Source: Flectonema sp. DT1601
Lineage: Eukaryota
Assembly (NCBI GenBank): GCA_964019425.1
Contig: OZ025806.1
Coordinates: 434,001-498,000 of the forward strand
DNA length: 64,000 nucleotides
Reading direction: 5' to 3'
Under the pieces are notes generated by a model that worked only from the letters and a program-made list of their open reading frames with translations, made no database searches and had not been told where the DNA came from. The number at the start of each line of letters is the position of its first letter. The first letter of the stretch is position 1. Both the position numbers and the translations under genes were made by a program. Positions 34,926-47,600 of this stretch are shown here, piece by piece.

Positions 34926-35733
34926 TTTGCTTTTTTTTTTTTTTTTTTAAATATAAACGCTGTAATTCAAAGTATAATACGACTGACGATGTTCGAATTT
35001 TTTTTTTCACATAATGAGCATTGATGTCTGGCAGTATAATCGCTGTTGTTAATCTCAACCGCCAGTGTTTCTGTTTGTCCACCCCATCAGCGTTGACTCT
35101 GTTGAGTGTTGAAGGGGGTTTTCTATTTTTTTTTCTTTCATTATTTTATTGATTTCTGGTTTTTATTTCGTTCCTTTTCTTCCATACGGTGATTGAAAAA
35201 AGGTGAAATACGGAGAGTGGATAACCACCAGATCACAATGCGTTCAATGTAATTCTTCAATGGTGTACTGTTGACCATTGAAGAACATTGCGCAAAAAAA
35301 AAAAAAAAAAATAAATAATAAGGAAAATCAAGCAAGTCGGTGGAGGAGAACAGAGCTAGCCAAAGATGGTGACTACCTCTAGCCATCACATTATTTATTT
35401 GATCGGATCGTAGTACATGTGACTTCGTGATTTATCTCGTCACCTGCTGAGTCCATCAAAAGAGTGAACCAGACAAAGGGAAACGAATAGCGGCCTTGCG
35501 GATAATTAATAATATTTGATCCCAAGAGCTGACGAGATGTGATTGTAACTTTCAAGGGCGCCAACGAATAAATTAGCGACTCTCCTATCAAACAAGAGGA
35601 AAGTTAACCTATTAGCCGTAACTACGTAGTTGCTGCAATTTTCTGTCGAAGTTTTTTTTTTGACGAAAATACCCAACACCCACACACAGAGGCTTCATAT
35701 TTCTTTGGAAAATAACAACAAGATTGCGTCTCC

Positions 35734-36676
35734 CTATTGAGTCTTTTTGTCAGAGGAAGAACGGATCTGGTCAAGACGCTGTTTTTGTTTGAATTAATAA
35801 TAATAATAACAACAACAATAATAAAGAACTATCTGTACATACCTCCTGCATCTTGGTGTGGCACAGCTCAGCCAGGGCAGCCTTGTCGTGGTATTTCTTG
35901 TCGAGAGAAAGAGCATTCTTAGAGACTTCGAATAAATCAACTTTGATGTCTGCAGGGGCTCCTGGCATTCCGTTAAGCGGCCAGCTGACTTCATTGTTAA
36001 CAGCGAGAAATCCATAAATTGGGAGATCCATGTCGATAGGCCATTGGAATGAACCTCTTCTGAATGGAAGAAGCTGATCTGGAGACTTGTTAACAACACC
36101 TTCAGGGAAGAAGGAAAGGTATCCGTTACTTCCTTCCATGAAAGTCATAACATCATTGATGACTGGTTCTTGTCTTTCTCTGTCAATCTCCCAACTTCCT
36201 TCAGCATCCTTCTTATAGTAAACAGGAAAGTGACCTGCAAGTCTAAACACGGCTCCTCCAATAGGAAGGCTCAACAGCGTGTGTTTTAATAAAGTTCTCA
36301 TCTGTGGAATAGTTTTCAGAGGTACTAATGAAGTATAAATCATAGCATCCAACCATGAGGTGTGGTTAATTAGAATAAAAGCTTTTGAAGGAACTTTTTC
36401 CCAGTCAACGTTGGCATCGATTTTAATTTGTGGGTTCAAAAACATAACAATTGAAAATGCAACGACGGCAGACTTGCACACGATGGCTTCTCTCATCTTT
36501 ACAGGAAGAGTAAATTCAGTCAGCTTTGCAATACAAAAGGCTCCAATCAAAGCGTTCAACGTAACCAGAGTGAACCACCACTGTCCAGGTTTACATAATA
36601 AAGGAATTCTCAGACGGAGAAGAGTAGTCCACCCAAACAACGCGAAGACAGCGCCAGTAATGATAAGCGACAACAT
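35734..36676 (-). CDS. 1-acyl-sn-glycerol-3-phosphate acyltransferase (PlsC/LPAAT family); complement(join(35734..35778,35843..36676))
   Basis: NHTSWLD (HxxxxD), FFPEG, LLPFRRGSF, and N-terminal TM segments. A 64-nt GTATGT...AAACAAAAACAG intron gives the tail RLDQIRSSSDKKTQ*. Confidence 0.92.
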
Positions 36677-37110
36677 TTCAGTGATAACCTTGACAAAAGA
36701 AGAAAAATGTTGATGAAGCACCTTCAACTCATAAATATAATAAAAAGGAACGGGAGGAAAAAAAAAAAAAAAAAAAAAAAGAAAAAAAAAGATAACAAGA
36801 TACAGTAATAATTCTATTTTTTTTTTAAAAAAAGGGGGTTGAAATGTTTTTATTTATGAAGAAATAAACATCTGTATTGTACCAGAGTTAACTAAAATAA
36901 ACGTTATTTATGATACACACGTTGATTAAAGATTAGTACAGGTATGACGTTGAGGACTTTACCTAGCTGCATACACATCTCTTATTCCATGTTGTCATTC
37001 AGTGCAGTACGGATTCGAGTTGGTGGAGTAATTAGTCTCGTTGATTCCGTTAACGAGATCTCGACCCTTCAGTAGGGGCGCTCGTCGCTTAGGTCGGAGG
37101 CGTTCTACGT

Positions 37111-37165
37111 CCTTTTTTCAAGACAGTGCCGCCCTCCTTAAGGGCGGCACTGTCTTGGAAAAAGG
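37111..37165. repeat. Near-perfect 25-bp inverted repeat (hairpin, 5-nt loop) in intergenic DNA
   Basis: CCTTTTTTCAAGACAGTGCCGCCCT-cctta-AGGGCGGCACTGTCTTGGAAAAAGG; 24/25 Watson-Crick pairs, the other is T-G. Confidence 0.95.
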
Positions 37166-37289
37166 TGCGCCTTCAGCAGGCGTAAGAGCGAGCTATCATT
37201 CAAATTACTTAAATAGTCGTGAGCCTTGGGAACCAAAACCTTAGTTAATTAATAACAGTACAAAGTAAAACGTAAAAAAACGAAAAAAA

Positions 37290-38915
37290 TTATGCGACAC
37301 CATAAACGTAACTGACACCACTACAAATCCCATTGTAGAGATGTTGAGGCCACGTCATGTCGTGGATAAATGGAAGATCAAGTGCTTGCTTATCAATTGC
37401 AATAGCAGTTCGTTTCATGGTGCATGTGTCTTCAAGGTTTTTATAGGTATCATGCATACGTGATATTTCTAGTATAATGTGGGAAAGTTTTGTTGTGTAT
37501 CCCTGAACAGCCTTGGTTAGCACATCGTATTCGGTTTCTAAGGCGTCGTGAACTTTATCAAAAGTTTCTCTGGTTGGAATTTGTTTTCGTAGTCGGAGTC
37601 TCTTACACACGATGTCCTTTTCTTTATTTTTAGCATCAAGACCGATTCTAACGGATTCCATCTGTGCTTCTAATCTTTCTCTTTCTTCAATAATGCACAC
37701 TACTCTGTTTTCGAGTGTTGATAGTAGTTTTTGTTGTTGTTTTACTTTGAACATGAGTGCATCTTGGACCTTTTTATTCAACTTACGACCTTCAATGTCG
37801 AGATTAATGAGTTGGCGTTTATACTTCTTTCGCAATGATAGAGCGTGTAAGACTAAATCCGCACTTTTTGTGATTACTTCTGCGGTGGTAGGTCTGGAAG
37901 CATCAATGGGAGGAGTGGTTTCGTAGAGTCCTTGAATAATCTCCTTAGCTCTTGAATCGAGGATGATATCCAGTGGTGGTTGTTGTGATGCTGTCCCACC
38001 CATGTGATTATTTTTACTAGAAGAACCATCAAGCACTAAGCATTGTTCATTAATGCGAAGACCTTCAACTTTGTCTTCCAAGTCCGAGAAGAGAAGGCTG
38101 ACAACATTTTCCATTCCTCGCATGTGTTGCTCACTTTCAACAATCATCAGATCGATGTCATCTGTTGCTTTCTTATGATGTTTAGTCTCAGTTGTGATTA
38201 GTTGATCTGTTATGTCTTTTGTACGTTCAGATTCTGGACGAGACATTCGAAGGTTTTGTCTCATTTCACATCCAGTCAAAGCACCCGACTCGGTCATACT
38301 TTTCATTTCAATAATAAACTGTCGGACTTGTCCCAAAGTGTGATATTCTTGTTGAATGTCATTGAGGGCTAACTCAACACGTTTTTTAACATTTTGAACA
38401 TCTCTAACTTTACTTCGAAGTTCATTGTTCGTATCAGTTCGCGACTTCTTAGCTATCTTGTCGGCTTCTCTCTTCAGGTCGTGAGACTTCTTTCGGAGGT
38501 CGTGTGTGTATGTTGTGTTCTCAATTGCCTGTTCTGCTACTTTAATTGACTCATCAAGCCAGTCCTTGACTGGTCTATGAGTAGGTAACGTTATGTCCCC
38601 TTCAGGTAAAGGAGACGACGTTGGTAGTTTCTTGTTAATACTACCGAACGATACTTTTCTATTCAACAGTTGTCTATCATTCTCTTTTTCTCTCTCTTTC
38701 GCTAAATATTCTCTTGGTGTTTCTAACATTGACGGGGTCTGTGGAGGTAGCGGTGGAATCTTTTTCCTTCCCTGTTGTCCCTTTGGAGAAGGGTTACAAC
38801 CACTTTTTAATCTCACCCTTCGAAGTACTTTGTGGTCATACTTCTCTGTTGCCATTTGCATCGTAGATTTCAACCTGTTGCAAGCAGGTTGATCTAGTCC
38901 GGTATTGAATACCAT
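37290..38915 (-). CDS. Tektin/CCDC105-like coiled-coil protein
   Basis: Two-fold coiled-coil organisation with the linker motifs RQNLRMSRPESERTKD and RLRLRKQIPTRETFDKVHDALETE, resembling the tektin RPxxExxxD signature. Also DLEDK...INEQCL and MKRTAIAIDKQAL. Confidence 0.7.
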   Translation of the reverse strand: MVFNTGLDQPACNRLKSTMQMATEKYDHKVLRRVRLKSGCNPSPKGQQGRKKIPPLPPQTPSMLETPREYLAKEREKENDRQLLNRKVSFGSINKKLPTSSPLPEGDITLPTHRPVKDWLDESIKVAEQAIENTTYTHDLRKKSHDLKREADKIAKKSRTDTNNELRSKVRDVQNVKKRVELALNDIQQEYHTLGQVRQFIIEMKSMTESGALTGCEMRQNLRMSRPESERTKDITDQLITTETKHHKKATDDIDLMIVESEQHMRGMENVVSLLFSDLEDKVEGLRINEQCLVLDGSSSKNNHMGGTASQQPPLDIILDSRAKEIIQGLYETTPPIDASRPTTAEVITKSADLVLHALSLRKKYKRQLINLDIEGRKLNKKVQDALMFKVKQQQKLLSTLENRVVCIIEERERLEAQMESVRIGLDAKNKEKDIVCKRLRLRKQIPTRETFDKVHDALETEYDVLTKAVQGYTTKLSHIILEISRMHDTYKNLEDTCTMKRTAIAIDKQALDLPFIHDMTWPQHLYNGICSGVSYVYGVA

Positions 38916-39317
38916 TTTATAAATGGATCATTACTGTTCAGAGAAACAAAATATTAATAATTTCTAATAAATTCATGCATCGGTAAAAGTCCCACCCTCA
39001 CTGATACCTATCCACCTGCGAGAAAGGAAATGACCTTACAAATGTCGACGTAATAATTAAGTCGTATTTGCGAAAACGCAAATCCAAAAAAAAAAAGAAA
39101 AAAAAAAGGAATCTTTTTGTTAATATAAAACAATGTTGTGTGTTGGGGTGTAATAACCAAAACTACTGAAGACTGAGGAAAAAGTTTTTTTTTTTTTTTT
39201 TTTCCCTCTCTCCCCTGGAGTCCTTTCGGACTCAAAGACTACCAATCGAAAGCTAACTGTAGGCCAAACCCGCAAGGCCAAGGGGCTCTTTGATTCATAA
39301 CAAGTCTTTCATATGCA

Positions 39318-41354
39318 CTAACCAAAACTAAGAGGTCTGGTGAGTGCGAGTATTTCAAAAACCGCAGATCGTAGTAACAACGAACTATTATCATATCGAC
39401 GTCGTACCTCATCCGGATTCTCTGATGACGCGCTGAGACACATGTAGAGATTTATATGCGATTCGTGCCCTTCAGCAATCTGAATATTCGCACACTCTGC
39501 ACGCTCATCACACTGCGTGACTGCACAGCGACCAATACCATAACTGTTTGTTGTTGTTTTTAGTACTTAAGATGATGTAAAAACAGCGTCAGTGCTTATC
39601 TCAACATAAATTACTCTCTACACATACCGAATAGTATTCCACTTATGAGGTTCTGGCTTGAGTGCTGCGGTAGACCCTTCCAGACGAGTATCGTGAGAGA
39701 TGCGAAAGAGTGCTTCCGTAGGACCTTCGCAAGTGATTCCAGGTTGCAGTCCAGGACGAGCAGCATTGTGTCTGGAGCTACAGAAGGCGTGCATCGTACA
39801 GAAGTTTGCAACGTCTTCGTAAGCGAGCAGTTCCATCTTACGAGATTTCGGTAACACATCTGGAAAATATGCCGCATCGCCATCAGTAAATATAAAATTA
39901 TAACCTGAGTCACTTAACTTTCTTAATAACGTAGCTGGGGTGTGCCAACTATCACGAAGGGGATCTAATTCAGGTTCATCAGGTACGACTACTTTACACA
40001 TGTTGTCTTTTACTAATATCTGAACTTCTCTATCAGAAATCTCACCTCGACGACGACCTTCGATAGTAAACAAAACTTCATTATCTGAGAGTGGGATGAG
40101 AGACCATTCTTCATATGGAACGTCAAATCCCTTTTCTTGAATTATCGCCATGCAGGCCAAGTGTTGTGTACCAAACGAAACAGTTCTCGTGTCTCTCTTG
40201 AAATCGAAATCAGTTGTTCCTTGCATCTGCCAAGCCTTTAGCTCGGGACTCCAAATACCAACAAAAGGTGCCAAATGACGAACTACAATATTTGGAGGTA
40301 CTACAAAAGATACTTTCAGAGGTTTTGCTCCATCTAAATCAGTAGTCTGAGCAGGTGGGTAAGGATGACGTTGTAAACCATGAGCCAGAACTGTTTCATG
40401 ACGTAGAGTCCATTCTTTAACTTGAGATGGTAATTTAGGATACTGAAGTACTTCTATAAATAAAACACATCCGAGAGCGTGATACTGAGAACCTGGCTCT
40501 TGATCATACGCCTGTATGGTCATCGGGTCAAAATTCATTTGCATAACTCGTATCCCTCTCTCTTTAACCAAGTCGAGTGCTTTTGGGACATATGCTCCCT
40601 CCTTGGGACCTATTGAAACTCCCAGTTCTCGGTAGTCGATTCCTCTGTGACGGGGTCGACGATCACCTGCCCACAATCCATATTGAAGAGCTTCATTTTC
40701 TTTACAAAGTGTTATCCCTTGTTCTTCATCTTGGTCAATATATTTATCTAAGAATTGAAGCATATTAGCAGTCATAGTATCTAACTTACTGAGAATCATT
40801 TCATAGACTCCAATTAGTGAGCGAGTGTGAAATAGAATTTTATCGTTTCCCTTTCCGGTCATATCAGCGACGACTGCCTTGTCCTGTTCTGCGAGTATAT
40901 TTTGAATTAGATGATAGGCGTCAAGGATGCCGGCAAAATCGATGTCTAGGTTGCGTGTTGTGTCTTCACCTGCATCGTTGTTTTCTTCTTCCCAGTTAGA
41001 AAGAAAGTCGTTAACGTCGGCTTCTGAATTTACGTTAGGTAACCAAGAGTCTACTACTATGTGTTCCCATTCTTTGTGTTTCTCATATTCTCGCAATGCT
41101 AATAGCAGTCGATGGTCTTTATCACTTCCTATTGGTTTGTACAGTTGTTGTTCTCTGGCAAGACGTTCTCTCTCCAACATTCTCATGTGCTGTTCTGCTT
41201 CTCTTTTGGTTTTATCAGTTTTTTCATTCTGTACTCTCTCTCTCTCGTGTTGCTTAAAAAGTTTATCTGCCGCTTCCTGTGCCCTCTTGCAGAGTTCTTC
41301 TTGTCTCTTCATGTCTTCCTCTAGCTTTTTTTGTTGTTTTGCTTTCGACGGCAT
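39318..41354 (-). CDS. DNAI7: CASC1/IC97/DNAI7-like axonemal inner-arm dynein I1 intermediate chain; complement(join(39318..39543,39628..41354))
   Basis: Charged N-terminal coil, EWEH...LPNVNSEADVNDFLSNWEE and PYEEWSLIP. An 84-nt GTATGT...AACAACAAACAG intron gives a 75-aa tail ending LALTRPLSFG*. Confidence 0.78.
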
Positions 41355-42800
41355 TTTTTTTTTTTTTTTTGTTGTACTTTTTTTTTTTTTTTTAGTCAAC
41401 TGTTTTCGGTTGGATAAAAAAAAAATGTAACCATCAACTAAATACTACCTGCTGTGCTATGACTCCAGACTCATATTCGTACTGTGTGAGAATATTATTT
41501 TGACGGTTGATGTCAAGTCTAGGATGGTGATGCAATAAATGATGGGTGTAGGTCACTATTTTAACAAAGATGCTAGCTACCCTTGCATCTGTCATGGAAA
41601 CACAAAGCTTTTTTTTTTTTTTTTTTTTTTTTTCCGAATACGAAAAAATAGAATTAAATATAACGCAAAAACTGTTTCAAGCGTCGATTAAGATTCCTTC
41701 GGTAGGGATAATTTTTTATCAGAGACCAAATTCTTAAAAAACAACAAAAACAAATCGAAAACACGCACGTGTATGTTGGTGGACTTTGTGTGTCCCGTTT
41801 GTTGATGCTCATTGTCCAAAACCGACTACAGTAGCACAATATTTTTCATTTTATTAATAACTTTTCATTCAGTATGAGATGCTACTTCTACATTACTAGA
41901 AAAGGAAATAAAATGCCTTGCAATGTATCCGTGGGCTTCGCCCCCCAGAATTGTGCAAAGTTTTTTTTTCTTATTCACAACAGAATTAGTTTTATTAATT
42001 AATTTTTTTCTTCTTTTTTTTCTTTAAAAGATTGTGGTTTTTTTTTTTTTTTTTTTTTGAAACAAAAAGAGTATTATATTATTTTAGTATTTAAAAAAAT
42101 GCAAATAAAATATGAAAAAGGAAAAAAATGAGAATTGAGAGAGAAAAAAAGAGATAATTGTGTGAGACGGTTTCTTTTTTTTTTTTTTTTTTTAAAATTA
42201 ATTTGGAACACTCAACAAGAACTAAGAATATTTAAAGAAAAAAAAAGAAAAACAGCTGACACACATTTGTGATGAACGAGACTACGAGTGACACATTATG
42301 TAATATGAAAGTCTGATTCGCAAATCCAAAGACGATCTGTGTTTTTTTAAAACAAAAACTTTTTTTCACACATACTTTTTGATTTGTTTGTGCGTAATCC
42401 TAATAAAGGATACTGGTTAAGTTATACTGTCACAAGTCTCTTTTCTACCGAACAATAGGATTGCTGGTATAAAATAAAAAGAAAAAAGAAAAGAGGGTTT
42501 CCGACATCCAACTGGTCGAATTGATGAAAAAAAAAGAAAAAGAAACAAGTTTCCTTTTATGTAAAGCAAGTGTATGTACGACGAGAAGAAGGGGGGAAAA
42601 AAATAAATAAATAAAAAATAATAACGACTTCTGAAGAAGGAACCTTCGGTTGACGGGGAAAGGAAAATTCAGTAAAATGTATTGAAAAAAAAGCCTCAAC
42701 GCGTCAGTCAATCACCCCCCGACTGAGTCAAGGTCGTGGATCGTTCCGCATGAGTAACTTCTCAACGATGAATGTCATACTAACAACACATTTAATGTCT

Positions 42801-44321
42801 TTAGTCTTTTGGAATGAGGGAGGAACTTTCTGTAGCTCCACCGGCTTCACTGATAGCCCTGTCAAGAGCACCAACACTACTTTCATAGTCTCCAATAGTT
42901 GAGGTTGGATCACTAAGAAGGTTCGGCATTCTTGTCATGACTGTCGCAGACTTTGGAATAAATAAATGAACCAACACCATCGCGAGTATAAACCCAACAG
43001 AGCAGACAATTGAAGCAATCAAATAACTGCCGCCTTGCATGTCGATAATCGCTCCAGTGAGAGGAGGTCCAATAAGTGACCCACTTCCAAACCCAAGATA
43101 AATAATAGAAAGAATTGATCCTAATTGTGGACCTGCAAAATGATCAGCAGCAACAGCAGGATAACACGTGATACAACCAGCAACAAAGAATCCAACAGCC
43201 CCAGCAAACACAGCCTGTGTGATGTAGGTTGCGCAGAATGGCCACGCGATCATCATTGCACCGCACACAAAGTGAGCCCATTTAAACATTCTTATATTAC
43301 CCCAACGTCTGCTGAAGTCTCCCCAAACAATATTTCCAACTGTTTGAGAGATTCCAAAAATTGACAGCAGCCATGTCGCTGCGGAATCAGAAACTGGATG
43401 TCTATCGAGGTAAGGCTTATCAGTTCCCATCGCTTCCGCAAACTGCGGTATATAAATCACAAGAGAGAAGAATCCATATGTAAACAATAACCCAACAACA
43501 AATAGGGTTATGACTGTTCTTGATGTGATGATTTGTTTTAGTTTTAAATGAGACTCTGGATCCTCTAAAGGACAAACATATGGCAGTCTCCTCTTCATGA
43601 GAAGAGCAGCCATCAGAGCTGGGATTGATAGCAGTGCAATTATTCGAAATGGTCCCCTCCAAGCATCATTACCATCACGTTCTACTAAGTAATTAGCTAA
43701 AAGGGGAACTGCTGTGGTTCCAGCTCCACTCCCTGCATAAACTAATCCAAAAGCAAGTGATCTCTTCTTATCAAACCACTGACCAACAACAGACAGCCCT
43801 GGTGCTATAGTACACCCGGCACTGATACCTAAAAAGATTCCAAATGAAAAAATAAGCTCAACATAAGAATGGCAATACGACGAAACAAAGAATCCAGCAC
43901 CAAGAGACACTGCAGCAGTTGACAAAACAGGTCTCGGTCCATATTTATCACAACACTTTCCAGCTATAAGTCCAACGACAGGTGTTAGTCCGTTAGCTAT
44001 CGAATAGATTAAAGAGACTTGCCAGTTGTTTGGTTTTCCAAGGTCATCATCGTGTTTTAAATTCTTAATAAAAACACTGTATGAATTAATAGCTCCGAGC
44101 ACTGTGAATTGAAGTGTGAAGGCGCAGAGTACCATCAACCAACCAGTCATGCCATCAGCTTCTTCAGGTGATTTCAATTTGTCAATCTCCTCTCTCTGTG
44201 CTTGAATAACCCAAGTCTGTTGTATTGTATTTTCTTTTAGGTGTTCAATTTCCTTTTTTAACTCGTCAATGACTAGGCTGTCGTCGTCGACATCATCAGA
44301 AGGGAAGGCAGGATGCCCCAT
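42801..44321 (-). CDS. MFS transporter, monocarboxylate porter (MCT/SLC16)-like
   Basis: About 12 hydrophobic segments, DGMTGWLMVLCAF, GKCCDKYGPR (motif A), QWFDKKRSLAFGLVYAGSGAG, GPPLTGAIID. Confidence 0.92.
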   Translation of the reverse strand: MGHPAFPSDDVDDDSLVIDELKKEIEHLKENTIQQTWVIQAQREEIDKLKSPEEADGMTGWLMVLCAFTLQFTVLGAINSYSVFIKNLKHDDDLGKPNNWQVSLIYSIANGLTPVVGLIAGKCCDKYGPRPVLSTAAVSLGAGFFVSSYCHSYVELIFSFGIFLGISAGCTIAPGLSVVGQWFDKKRSLAFGLVYAGSGAGTTAVPLLANYLVERDGNDAWRGPFRIIALLSIPALMAALLMKRRLPYVCPLEDPESHLKLKQIITSRTVITLFVVGLLFTYGFFSLVIYIPQFAEAMGTDKPYLDRHPVSDSAATWLLSIFGISQTVGNIVWGDFSRRWGNIRMFKWAHFVCGAMMIAWPFCATYITQAVFAGAVGFFVAGCITCYPAVAADHFAGPQLGSILSIIYLGFGSGSLIGPPLTGAIIDMQGGSYLIASIVCSVGFILAMVLVHLFIPKSATVMTRMPNLLSDPTSTIGDYESSVGALDRAISEAGGATESSSLIPKD

Positions 44322-44640
44322 TCTTATTCCTTGACTTCTATTGAAGATAAGTATATCAAATAAATATACGTGAAGATAAAGTATCGCAATATAGAATAGG
44401 TTTAGCCATCAAAGGAAAATCAAAAGAATAAAATTCTAATTGAGCAACTCTTGACAATATTCTGAAGGGATGGGGAAAACAAAAGTAAAATACCAACGAC
44501 GCACTCGTAAAGTAAGCGAACCTGCAATATGTGCAGCACGAATTGAACAAAAAAATTGCACACGAATACTGTAACAAAACAAAGACAATAGTAGAAACAG
44601 AAAGTAGTCTCGAATAATTGAGATTACTAAACAACACAAC

Positions 44641-47600
44641 TCAGTCACAGAATAGACATTTTCCCATCTCAGATGCTCCGCACGGGCAAAGGCCCACAGA
44701 AGGAGTTGTGTCCAGAGTGATGTCAGCTTTTATTTCATTATTACAATGAATGCAGTACCCTAGTCGTGCAATCCCACAGTTACACATTTGTGCGCCAAGT
44801 AGCTGCTTTTCACGTTTTATTTGTTGGTCAGCAGTTTCCGACTTGGATCCCAATGCAGCTCTGTTTAGAACTCTTTCTTTCTTATCGTGGTAGGTGTCTT
44901 CTTCTTTACCTTCGGTGCATTTCCCGACCATAAATAAGTCTTCTTGCCTGCCGCTTTCTGCGAGAATGCGTCGCTTTTTTTCTTCGAAGGACGGGCCACC
45001 GAAATCCCTCCCGAAGGCAAACTTTCGATCTTCTCGTTTCTGGTCGTCTTCACAAGTCATCACCAACATACTTGATAGAAGCAAGAACAGATGGCTGCAG
45101 GCTGGACATGTTGCAGGGAGATCGATTGACGACAGCTCTTCAGGAAATCCCACGTCGCAGGATGGGCAGCGAAAGAGTCCACGTCCAGAGCGGGTTTTCA
45201 TGCCGTCGACGCCAGAGCGACGAGTTGGATCAAATTTCAGAGGGGACTCTCCGTCGGAGTCTGGGAATGGACAGGGTGGGATCTCAACTTTCTTCCTTTG
45301 CTCTTCCCGACGTTTTTGTAGAAGGTAGAGGCCGTCTTCCTCATCACTGCTGTCACTGTCAAAAGGAAGCGACTCAGAGTGGGTTTCTTTCCTTCCAACT
45401 GGTGGAGGAGGTGGGGGAGGCTGTGAGCGGTTTTCATTAGACAACTGACCCAAGTCAGGGAGAGAACTGAAGTCGGTATCGGCCTTCTTTTGAATGCTGC
45501 TCACAACAGCTGGAAGAATAGGTTCCTGATGGGGAGCTTCCACTTGTTCTTGAATTCCTTCTTCATTACTATCCAACTGTGAGGGAGGTGGCTGAGGTTG
45601 TGATTGCACAGCTGCTGTCTGTCCCTGCTGTCCGACTACTTCTACCCTAATGATTGATGGCTGTTGTTGCTTTTGTTTCTGCAGCAGAATATTCTTTTTC
45701 TCTAAATTCTTGCCGTCACTATGAGCAGCAGAGAGTTTATTTTCCAACACCTGAACTTCTCCCTTTAGTGAAGCAACCTCCGTGAGTCTTTCAGCGACAA
45801 CGTTATTTAGTGCTTCTTGAAGTCCTGCTGTTTGCTCACCAGCAGAAATCTTTGAGAGAGCGGCAGTCTCTTCAGCCGTCAGTAGCTTTTCTTCAAGTTC
45901 CAGACGTTGGTTGCGTTCTCCGGATATTTCTGAGGCGAAGAATTCCGCGCAACTCTTTTCTTCTTCAAGTCTTGTCATCAGCTCATCGAACTTCTTCTGC
46001 TGCTTTCTCTGTTCCGTCAGCTGTTGAGCAAAGAACTCTGCGCATTCCTTCTCTTCCGCTAATGCCGCCTGCACCTCTCGTAGTTGTTGTTCGTACTCAG
46101 CTCTCATTATCTTTGCTCCCTCTGATTCCGCTTGTTGCATTTGCATTGCGAATTCCGAAGCAGCGTGTTTTTCCGTCTTTTTGAGCTGAGTCTTCTTAAG
46201 TGTGTGTTCTGCTTGAATTTGCTCAGCGAAGAACGCAGCGCACGCACGTTCCTGTTCAAGAAGTTCCTCTGTTTGAGTTAACAGATATTTAAGTCGAGAT
46301 TGTTCAGTGGAAGCCTCACTCTCAATTGTTTGTTTACTTTCTTGTAGTTTGGCGTATGAAGTGGCTGACTCTTCCATGAGTTGTTGGAGTTTCTGTTCTC
46401 TTTCATTCTGTTCTTCGATCTGTCTTTCAGTATCTTGAAGCTGTGATTCTAATATCCTTTTGTGTCTGAGTGACGCAGCGATGAACTCTTTTTCTTCCGC
46501 AGTTTGAATTTTGCTCTTTTCAGCTCCAGCAGTGGCCCTCGTTATGGAATCTATTTCACTTTTCAATCTTTCCTTTGCAGCATCTCTTCGAAGTCTGGTA
46601 CTCTCTTCCTTGGCTTTTCTCTTGTCTCTTTCAATTCTAATTTTCTCTTCGGCATCTCTCATTACAGCTTTGCGAGCTTCTTCTCGTTCTCGTTGTGCCA
46701 GATCTTTTTTTCTCTGTGCGAAGCTAGCTGCATCTTCTTCATGCTGTTGAACTTTAGAAGCTAATTGAGCGACTGCGTGCGCCTGTTTTATAATTATTGC
46801 ACCACAAATGGCATCAACAAAACACAACAATAGTTTTCAGACTGGTGGCATACCTTTCGAATGTTTTCTGTTGATAAGTGACTGAGCTGTTCTTCAAGTG
46901 TGTTGACCTGTTGGTTGTTAAGTTGATGTTGTGTTGTAAAACATTAATAAGACTTCCCTAAAGATAAGTCGGAGGAGGAGGAGGTACATACTCTGGAAAG
47001 TTGTTCCGCAGTGGCCGCTTGCCCGTTCGTAATTTCGTCAGCGATTTGCTGTTTGGCCTGTTCCAGTTCAGATTCCTTTCGTTTGCGGAGTATTTCGATC
47101 TCTTCTTCCTTTTTCCGGAGTTTTGCTTCCTCCTCTTGTTCCTTTATTGCTCGCAGTGAGTCAAGCTCTTGTTGTTGTTGTTGACGGAGCTGAGTTATCT
47201 CTGCTTCCTTTTCCTTTTCGTTGTCGGCTTTGAGGTGTTGAACTTCCTCTTCAGAAGCTTTCTTAAGTGCGGAAATCTCGCGCTCTCGTTGTTCGGTTTC
47301 CTGACGACGGGCTTCAGCGAGTGCGTCAGCTTTTTCCTCCTCCAGCCTGGCTACTTCGGTTTCCTTTTCCTTTTCCTTGTCAGCTTTGAGTGCGGTAATT
47401 TCGAGTTCTCGCTGTTCAGATTCCTGACGATGAGCTTCAGCGAGAGCGTTAGCCTTCTCCTCTTCAAGACGAGCAAGTTCCACTTCCTTTTCTCTCTCCT
47501 TGCTGACCTTAACGTGTTGTACTTCTTCTTCAGAGGCTTGCATTAGCGCAGCAATTTCACGCTCTCGTTGGTCAGATTCTTGGCGATGGGCCTCAGCGAG

